Positions 41,152-48,193 of a stretch of DNA of 64,000 bases are shown here, in pieces. Source of the stretch: Marivita sp. Its GTDB lineage: Bacteria; Pseudomonadota; Alphaproteobacteria; Rhodobacterales; Rhodobacteraceae. Numbering within the stretch: the stretch's first letter is position 1; each line of letters begins with the position of its first letter. The translations under genes were made by a program, and so were the position numbers. The DNA is taken from NCBI RefSeq assembly GCF_965216415.1, contig NZ_CBDCFU010000001.1. One strand, written 5' to 3'. Under the pieces are notes generated by a model. It saw only the letters and a program-made list of their open reading frames with translations, did no database searches and had not been told where the DNA came from.

Positions 41152-41176
41152 AACGTAAAGGTTGCAGTTTCGTTCC
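41152..41176 (-). promoter_or_regulatory. Sigma-EcfG-type promoter of TrkA-C membrane gene
   Basis: GGAAC-N16-CGTT, 8 nt before ATG. Confidence 0.72.
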
Positions 41177-41289
41177 CGGTTGTTGAGAGATTTGGTCCGT
41201 TTCAGATGGACAAGCATTTGTAGGATCGTAGCTCGGCCATCAAACCTCTCAGCGATCGTAATTGCAGGCGCAGAGGCATTGAAACCAGC

Positions 41290-41830
41290 GTTGCTATGAA
41301 TGGCGTAAGGTCTGCCCAACGAAGATCTGTCGTTTGTGAAATAGCATAGCGCGGGCCTGCTGGTCTTCCGTCTTCACCGCAACAAAGCGCATAGTCGGAC
41401 GTAAGGCCGCCTCCACAATCGCCTCAGCGTCCGCTGCATCCTTTTTTCTGCCGTTTGAGGAAAAGCTTCACATAGACCGGTGGGAACAAACGGACTTGCT
41501 GTGCCAGTTTCTCGAACTCGCAGCCCCAGCCATACGCCGTCGCGCAGGCCTCCATGGCAACAACGCATCTGGGTTGCTCGGCAATGAACGCCAATTCTTG
41601 GCCTTGCGAAAGCTACTTGCGAAAAGCGATCGACCCGTCTTTGTGCGTGCCTTGAACCGGCTTTCAAGAATGTGAGATGGAAGGTTTCGGACTTATCCCG
41701 CCGTTCCGCTTTCTGAGTTCCTTAAACGGCAACATTTTAACGGTATTTGTGACAATGACGCGCCGCTCGCGCTTGTCGTTGTCACAACAAGCGCGCACTT
41801 TTTGTTTCCTGCGCAGCCCGCCCGGACTTT
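41290..41830 (-). mobile_element. IS110-family remnant (5' part of transposase plus upstream non-coding end)
   Basis: 'AEQPRCVVAMEACATAYGWG', 'PPVYVKLFLKRQK', 'DAEAIVEAALRPTMRFVAVKTEDQQA' with frameshift; boundaries approximate. Confidence 0.85.
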
Positions 41831-41851
41831 GCCCTTCTCGGGGAATGCAAG

Positions 41852-43369
41852 TCAGTCCTGCTGAAACGCTGTGGCGAACCTGTCGCGTAGCTGATTTTTT
41901 TGAACCTTTCCCATCGTATTGCGCGGCAACACTTCCATCAGCTCGATCTTTCGCGGGCGCTTGAACCCTGCCAGATCACGCTTTATCGCCGCATATACCG
42001 CGGAAAGGTCCAGGTTCGCACCGGTTTCGGGAACCAGGACAGCGATGACACTTTCGCCAAAATCGGGATGCGGCGCGCCGATCACCGCGCTTTCCTTAAC
42101 GCCGGGCAGCGAATCCAGAAAAAGTTCGATTTCCTTGGGGTATATGTTGAACCCGCCTGAAATAATGAGATCCTTCCCGCGCCCGACGATATGAACATAG
42201 CCGTCCTCATCGATCATCGAGAGATCTCCGGTGATGAAGAACCCGTCCTCGCGCAACTCCTCGCGGGTTTTCTCGGGCATGTTCCAATAGCCCTTGAACA
42301 CGTTTGGTCCACGCACCCAGAGCACCCCGATCTCACCGTGCGGAAGTTCATCGCCCGTCTCGGGATCACAGATTTTTACATTTACCCCGGGCAGCGGAAA
42401 GCCTACCGTTCCGGCCCGTCGCTCGCCGTCATACGGGTTCGATGTGTTCATCGAGGTTTCTGTCATACCGTAGCGTTCGAGGATGCGGTGCCCGGTACGC
42501 GCCTCGAACTGACGGTGCGTTTCGGCCAAAAGCGGAGCAGAGCCCGAGATGAAGAGCCGCATATGCGCGGCCAGATCGCTATCGAAGCGCGCGTCTTCCA
42601 GAAGGCGGGTGTAGAATGTCGGGACACCCATCATTGTTGTCGCCTTCGGCAGCCAGCTCAGCACCGCTTCCAGATCGAATTTCGGCAGGAAAATCATTGC
42701 CCCGCCCGAAAGCAAAATCACGTTTGTCGCGACGAAAAGCCCGTGGCTGTGAAAGATCGGCAGCGCGTGCAGCAGAACGTCGTTGCTCGTAAATTGCCAG
42801 CTCTCGACCAGAACCTCGGCGTTCGACAGCAGGTTCTTCTGCGTGAGCATCGCGCCTTTCGCGCGTCCTGTCGTTCCCGAGGTGTAGAGCAACGCTGCCA
42901 GATCGTCTTCTGAACGCGGCACTGTGGCAAACGTGGCTTCTTGGCCTCGCGCGAGATCAGCCAGGGTTCCATCTCCGTCCGGACCGAGCGTCTTTAGAAT
43001 AGCGCCGGACCCATCTGCGAGCTCGCGAAGCTCCGCTTCCTCGGAGGTATCGCAAACGAAGAGCGCGGCACCGCTGTCATTGACGAAGTAGTCCAACTCG
43101 CGGGTCGTATAAGCTGTGTTAAGCGGCAAGAGGACCACGCCAGCCTTGACACAAGCAGCGTATAGCATGAGCGCCTGCGGGGATTTCTGGACGTGGACAG
43201 CCACCCGGTCTCCCGGTCCGATACCCAGCGAGGAAAGCGCGTTTGCCATCCTGGAAGCTTCTTCCAGGAAAGTCTCGTAAGACAATGTATGTCCGTCTGC
43301 GAGATGTAAAAACGGGGACGTGCGACCTTCATGCGGCGCGAACAGGGCATCATAGAGAGGGTTCGTCAT
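41852..43369 (-). CDS. matB: Malonyl-CoA synthetase-like acyl-CoA ligase
   Basis: 'YTSGTTGRAKG', 'LHALPIFHSHGL', 'ILERYGMTET', 'PRNTMGKVQK'. Confidence 0.88.
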   Translation of the reverse strand: MTNPLYDALFAPHEGRTSPFLHLADGHTLSYETFLEEASRMANALSSLGIGPGDRVAVHVQKSPQALMLYAACVKAGVVLLPLNTAYTTRELDYFVNDSGAALFVCDTSEEAELRELADGSGAILKTLGPDGDGTLADLARGQEATFATVPRSEDDLAALLYTSGTTGRAKGAMLTQKNLLSNAEVLVESWQFTSNDVLLHALPIFHSHGLFVATNVILLSGGAMIFLPKFDLEAVLSWLPKATTMMGVPTFYTRLLEDARFDSDLAAHMRLFISGSAPLLAETHRQFEARTGHRILERYGMTETSMNTSNPYDGERRAGTVGFPLPGVNVKICDPETGDELPHGEIGVLWVRGPNVFKGYWNMPEKTREELREDGFFITGDLSMIDEDGYVHIVGRGKDLIISGGFNIYPKEIELFLDSLPGVKESAVIGAPHPDFGESVIAVLVPETGANLDLSAVYAAIKRDLAGFKRPRKIELMEVLPRNTMGKVQKNQLRDRFATAFQQD

Positions 43370-43437
43370 GTATCTGAAAATCCGAGGATGAATGAACTCA
43401 ATTCAGAGTGTGCCGGCAGGATAACTTGGGTGGTGAG

Positions 43438-43857
43438 TCACCCGGTTTCCGCCGTCAGACCCTGTGCCTCGATGGCAGCTACGGCGCAAGTTTCGTCATT
43501 GTCGGAACTGTCTCCCGTGATGCCAATCGCACCGATCAGAGCACCATCCTGCTTGATCAGCACACCGCCGGGTACGGGTACAAGCGCGCCGCCGTTTAGT
43601 GCGTTCATTGAGTCAATGAAATAGGGCTGCTCCTGCGCACGGTTAAACAGTGCCCGCGAACCCAGCCCCATGGCCACCGCGCCCTTTGCTTTGCCCTGCG
43701 CAATCGCGGCACGCAGGTTGCTTGTTCCGTCTTCGCGTTGCAGCGCCACGAGATGACCGCCGCCATCGATCACCGCTATGGTCAGCGGCTTTAGACCATG
43801 CGCCCTGCGATAGTCGAGAGCGGAGGATATGAGAGCATTGGCAAGGTCGAGGTTCAT
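43438..43857 (-). CDS. GlcG/HbpS-family heme-binding protein
   Basis: 'AVIDGGGHL', 'IAQGKA', 'GGVLI...IGAIGITGD..D'. Confidence 0.85.
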   Translation of the reverse strand: MNLDLANALISSALDYRRAHGLKPLTIAVIDGGGHLVALQREDGTSNLRAAIAQGKAKGAVAMGLGSRALFNRAQEQPYFIDSMNALNGGALVPVPGGVLIKQDGALIGAIGITGDSSDNDETCAVAAIEAQGLTAETG

Positions 43858-43878
43858 ACGACATCTTTCATTGTATGA

Positions 43879-43916
43879 GGTGACCCCGTCCGCTTCCGCG
43901 TCGCGACGGGGTCACC
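43879..43916. repeat. 12-bp perfect inverted repeat between dctM and glcG-like gene
   Basis: ggtgaccccgtc-N14-gacggggtcacc. Confidence 0.7.
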
Positions 43917-43921
43917 GTGTC

Positions 43922-45202
43922 CTAGCCGTAGAAGTAATCTACGAGGAAGAGTGGGATCGCCGGAATGTAGGTACACATCAAAAGCACCGTCAGAAGGACT
44001 GCGATGAAGTAAATGTTTACCTTGGTAACGTCCCAGATATTGGCCCGCGCCACTGCGCAGGCGGTGATCAGAACGCTGGCTACAGGTGGCGTCTGCTGCC
44101 CAATGGCAAGATTTAGTGTCACCACCAGGCCGAAGTGGATCGGATTGATCCCTACTGCGTCGATCAGCGGGATTACGATGGGCACCACGAGGATGATCGC
44201 AGCGGCCGAGTGCAGGAAGAACCCGATCACGAGAAAGAAGAAGTTCAGTATCAGCAGGACCAACCATTTGTTGTCCGTGATGCTGAGAATTGCCTGCGCC
44301 AGTTCCTGCGGATATTGCGCGCGGGTCAGGAAGCCGCCCATCACAACCGAGGCCGCGACCAGCAGCATCACCACCGCCGTCTGCATGCCACCGTCCAGCA
44401 TCGAGCGCTGAAGGTGCTTCAGATCGACTTGCCGATACCACAGGCTGATCGCGATGGCCGCAAGAACCGCCAGACCCGCCGCTTCCGTCGCGGTGACATA
44501 GCCGCCGAAGATGCCGCCCAGAATGATCACCGGCAGGGCAAAGGTCGGCAGAGCGTCCTTGAAGGCCTCCCACAAGCGACGGCCCGAAAACGCCTCTTCG
44601 CGCGGCAGATCATAGCGTACGGCGAAGTAGTAGGCGACGCCCATCAGACCTGCGGCCCCCATCACGCCTGGGATCACACCCGCCACGAACAGCTGTTCGA
44701 CCGAGACGTTTGCAGAAGTGGCGTAAAGGATCATCGGGATCGACGGTGGAATGATGATGGCGAGCGACGCCGACGACGATGTCACCGCCGCGGACAGCGC
44801 GCCCGAGTATCCACGCTTTTTCATTTGTGGGATCATTACCGACCCCATCGCAGCCACGTCCGCCACGGCAGAGCCAGAGATCTCGGCGAAGAACAGCGAC
44901 ACACCGATATTCACATGCGCCAGACCGCCCCGGACAAAGCCGATCAGCGCTGCCACGAAATTGATCAGACGGTCCGTGATGCCGCCCGCGTTCATGATTG
45001 CGCCGGCCAGGACGAACATCGGGATCGCGATCAGCGAAAACTTGGTCGCGCCGCCGTACATATCGAGCGCCACATTGACCAGCGACCCCGCGCCTTCCAG
45101 CGCCAGAAGCCCCAGGATCGCGGACACGGCCAAGGCCACGGCGATCGGGACGTTGAGACAGATCATCGCCACCATCGCGATGAAGATCCCCAGCATCAGC
45201 AT
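43922..45202 (-). CDS. dctM: TRAP transporter large permease
   Basis: 'AIPMFVLAG', 'GGLAHVN', 'ISGSAVAD', 'IIPPSIP', 'QTPPV'; start MLMLGI with TGATG overlap. Confidence 0.92.
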   Translation of the reverse strand: MLMLGIFIAMVAMICLNVPIAVALAVSAILGLLALEGAGSLVNVALDMYGGATKFSLIAIPMFVLAGAIMNAGGITDRLINFVAALIGFVRGGLAHVNIGVSLFFAEISGSAVADVAAMGSVMIPQMKKRGYSGALSAAVTSSSASLAIIIPPSIPMILYATSANVSVEQLFVAGVIPGVMGAAGLMGVAYYFAVRYDLPREEAFSGRRLWEAFKDALPTFALPVIILGGIFGGYVTATEAAGLAVLAAIAISLWYRQVDLKHLQRSMLDGGMQTAVVMLLVAASVVMGGFLTRAQYPQELAQAILSITDNKWLVLLILNFFFLVIGFFLHSAAAIILVVPIVIPLIDAVGINPIHFGLVVTLNLAIGQQTPPVASVLITACAVARANIWDVTKVNIYFIAVLLTVLLMCTYIPAIPLFLVDYFYG

Positions 45203-45744
45203 CAGGCGTTCCCCGCTTTCTTGAGTTCTGTTTCGACTTCTTCCTCGATCTCGGCGTGTTCGAGCGAAACGCCGGAGGCCGTCTTGCGCCAATATTCGGG
45301 AAGGCTGAGGGCCTGACAAATGAGGAACAGGACCGCGCCGATGGGGATAACCGATTGCGTAAAGCTGATCGGCACCCATGTCAGCGAGGTGAGCGTCATA
45401 CCACCAAGAACCGTCATCACCACATAGCCAGCCCAGGCCAGCAGGATGAAGAAGCCCGCCGTAACGGCCTCGGCCAACAGCACGGCCCACATCCGGGTCG
45501 GCATCGGAATGGCAAGCAGAACGCTGTCGAAGCCGATATGACGGCGTCTGAGCGCCGCCAGGGCCGAGCCGTAGTAGGTGATCCAAGCAAGCAGGATCGC
45601 CGCAACCTCGTCATACCACGACAGGCTCGATCCAACGAGGCGGTAAATCACGGCAACGATCACCGTAACGGTGAGAATAACCATGAGGAAAATCACCAGA
45701 TATTCGAGCACAAACTCGAAAAAACTGCGCAGTGAGTTGAGCAT
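45202..45744 (-). CDS. dctQ: TRAP transporter small permease
   Basis: 'SWYDEVA..LLAWITYYG...RRRHI'; 4 TM. Confidence 0.88.
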   Translation of the reverse strand: MLNSLRSFFEFVLEYLVIFLMVILTVTVIVAVIYRLVGSSLSWYDEVAAILLAWITYYGSALAALRRRHIGFDSVLLAIPMPTRMWAVLLAEAVTAGFFILLAWAGYVVMTVLGGMTLTSLTWVPISFTQSVIPIGAVLFLICQALSLPEYWRKTASGVSLEHAEIEEEVETELKKAGNA

Positions 45745-45846
45745 AAGATGTCCTGACCGGAGATCGCTCCCGGTGTGTGCAAACTTCGTGATATCGTGAG
45801 ACCATTGGGAACGGAGGGCCTAACATGGCCCTCCGCCGGTATCGCT

Positions 45847-46827
45847 TCAGGAACCCGATGCCAGGCTCTGAATGCGTTCTACCATCTCCGCGCCGCCTTC
45901 GACGGTGTTGGAGAACTCTTCGTAGATCGGACCCGACGCCTCGATAAAGGCCGCGTTGTCGGCTTCGTTCACCTCGACGCCCGCATCGCGGATGACCTGC
46001 AGCAGCTCTTCTTCCAGTTTGGCTGCGTGCTCGTAAACGAAATCCTGGGTCTCGGACCCGCAGGCCTCAAGATCGGCGCGCACGTCTTCGGGCAGCTTCT
46101 GCCACTGGTTCTCGGCCACTAGGACATAAGCCGGCGTGTAGACATGGCCGGTGATCGACAGGTAATCTTGAACTTCCTGGAACTTGGCGGAAGCGATCTG
46201 GGCGTACGGGTTTTCCTGCCCGTCGATCACGTTCGTTTGCAGCGCGGTGAACACTTCTGAGAAAGCCATCGGCGTTGGGTTCGCACCGTAGAGCTGGAAC
46301 ATCTTCACGCGCCATTCGCCGTTCGGCGTCCGCAGTTTGACGCCCTGCAGGTCCTCGGGTGTGTTGATCGGACGCACATTGTTGGTGATGTGGCGGAAGC
46401 CGTTCTCGAAATAGCCGATGATGCGGTAGCCCTCGCCCAATGCCGCTTCTTGGAACGTGTCGCCCAGTTCGGTCTGAATGGCGCGCATGTGGTCGCGGTC
46501 CTGTACGATATAGGGCATTTCGAAAACGCCGAATTCCGGCGCGACCGACGACATGACCGACGACGGCAGGGCAAAGTGAACCTGTCCAAGCTTCAGCTTC
46601 TGCAGCAGCTCTCGATCATTTCCCAACTGGCTGGATCCAAAGGTCTGGACCTCGGCTCGGTTGCCCAGCTTGCCATTTGCGCATTCCGCGAATGCGTTGA
46701 CAGAGGCTTCGAACAGCGATCCTGGATTGCCGACGTGGCCAAAGCGCAGGGTCATATCCTGTGCGCTCGCGACCAGGGGCATCGCGATTGCTGCGGCGCT
46801 TGCGATAAGTGTTGCCTTCAGTTTCAT
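45847..46827 (-). CDS. dctP: TRAP transporter substrate-binding protein
   Basis: 'ENGFRH', 'GVKLRTP', 'FSEVFTALQT.VIDGQEN'; conserved carboxylate-binding Arg. Confidence 0.92.
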   Translation of the reverse strand: MKLKATLIASAAAIAMPLVASAQDMTLRFGHVGNPGSLFEASVNAFAECANGKLGNRAEVQTFGSSQLGNDRELLQKLKLGQVHFALPSSVMSSVAPEFGVFEMPYIVQDRDHMRAIQTELGDTFQEAALGEGYRIIGYFENGFRHITNNVRPINTPEDLQGVKLRTPNGEWRVKMFQLYGANPTPMAFSEVFTALQTNVIDGQENPYAQIASAKFQEVQDYLSITGHVYTPAYVLVAENQWQKLPEDVRADLEACGSETQDFVYEHAAKLEEELLQVIRDAGVEVNEADNAAFIEASGPIYEEFSNTVEGGAEMVERIQSLASGS

Positions 46828-46861
46828 AGTGCTTTCCTCCCTTTGCGCCCGTGTCCGGGCC

Positions 46862-48049
46862 TTATTCAGCGGCGAACCGCTCTTCCGTGGTCTCTTTGAG
46901 ATGCTCCATCGCAGCCTGCGCTCCTCCCGATTGGTGCGGAATACCGGCCTTTGTCAGTCCCATTTCGACGCCAGACAGCGTCGCCATCAGCATCAGGTCG
47001 TTGAAATCACCCAAGTGGCCGATGCGGAACACCTTATCGGCCACCTTTGACAGGCCATTGCCGAGCGAGATGTCATAGTACTTAAGCGTGGTGGCACGGA
47101 ACGCGTCGGCGGAATGACCATCCGGCACCAGGACCGCCGTCAGTACGCCCGATTCCTGTCCTTGTCGTGCGCACAGTACTTCTAGTCCCCAGGCGCGCAC
47201 CGCCGCCCGCGTCGCCGCGCCATGCCGTGCATGGCGGGCGAATACGTTGTCCAGCCCTTCTTCATGCAGCATGGCGATGGCTTCGTTCAGACCGTAGAGC
47301 AAGTTGGTCGCCGGTGTGTACGGAAAGTAGCCAATGGCGTTAGGACCGACCATGTCGTGCCAGTCCCAGTAGCTGCGCGGCATCGTGGCGGATTTCGCGT
47401 GTTCCAGAGCTTTTTCGCTAACGGCATTGAAGCTCAGCCCTGGAGGCAGCATCAAGCCCTTTTGCGAGCCGGAAACGCAGACATCGACGCCCCATTCGTC
47501 AAACCGAAAGTCGATCGACGCGAGGCCGGAGATCGAATCTACCATCAGAAGCGCCGGATGCCCCGCCGCGTCGATAGCCTTGCGCACCTCGGCAATAGGC
47601 GACACCGACCCTGTCGAGGTCTCGTTATGCACTACGCAAACTGCCTTGATCTCGTGTGCCGTGTCTTCACGCAGACGCGTCTCGATCCGATCCGGCTCGG
47701 CCCCGCCGCGCCAGTCGCCTTCCAGGAACTCGGGCACCAGCCCGATCTTGCGCGCCATTTTGCTCCACAACGTTGCGAAATGCCCGGTCTCAAACATCAG
47801 CACCTTGTCGCCGGGCGACATCGTGTTGACCAGCGCCGCTTCCCAAGCGCCCGTGCCAGACGAGGGATAGATGACGACATGCTGCTTGGTCTTGAAGATG
47901 GTCTTCATGCCTTCCAGCGCGGTCTTGCCCACATCGGCGAAATCAGGGCCGCGATGGTCGATGGTCTGCTGCCCAATAGCCTTCAGAATACGGTCCGGCA
48001 CGGCGCTTGGGCCAGGGATTTGCAGGAAATGTCTGCCAGCTTGGCGCAT
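46862..48049 (-). CDS. Class V PLP aminotransferase (serine/aspartate-glyoxylate aminotransferase-like)
   Basis: 'FLQIPGP', 'VHNETSTG', 'VDSISG', 'SGSQKGLMLPPG'. Confidence 0.88.
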   Translation of the reverse strand: MRQAGRHFLQIPGPSAVPDRILKAIGQQTIDHRGPDFADVGKTALEGMKTIFKTKQHVVIYPSSGTGAWEAALVNTMSPGDKVLMFETGHFATLWSKMARKIGLVPEFLEGDWRGGAEPDRIETRLREDTAHEIKAVCVVHNETSTGSVSPIAEVRKAIDAAGHPALLMVDSISGLASIDFRFDEWGVDVCVSGSQKGLMLPPGLSFNAVSEKALEHAKSATMPRSYWDWHDMVGPNAIGYFPYTPATNLLYGLNEAIAMLHEEGLDNVFARHARHGAATRAAVRAWGLEVLCARQGQESGVLTAVLVPDGHSADAFRATTLKYYDISLGNGLSKVADKVFRIGHLGDFNDLMLMATLSGVEMGLTKAGIPHQSGGAQAAMEHLKETTEERFAAE

Positions 48050-48116
48050 AGAATCAAATTTCTCCCTTTGGCGCCGTGAGTCGGGGGGCGGCGCGATTGC
48101 TTGTTGTCAAACGGTA

Positions 48117-48132
48117 ATTATGAATTCATAAT
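48117..48132. promoter_or_regulatory. Perfect 16-bp palindrome, likely GntR operator in divergent promoter
   Basis: ATTATGAATTCATAAT flanked by ttgttgtc / gtcaacaa. Confidence 0.6.
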
Positions 48133-48193
48133 GCAGTCAACAAAAAACTTGGTGCCGCAGCATCGGCACGACTAGGGGGAGATTCTTCGACTG

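Noticed and set aside
43922-45586. 554-aa DctM as a DctQM fusion
   Set aside because: The extension overlaps the separate dctQ in another frame; true start is 45202
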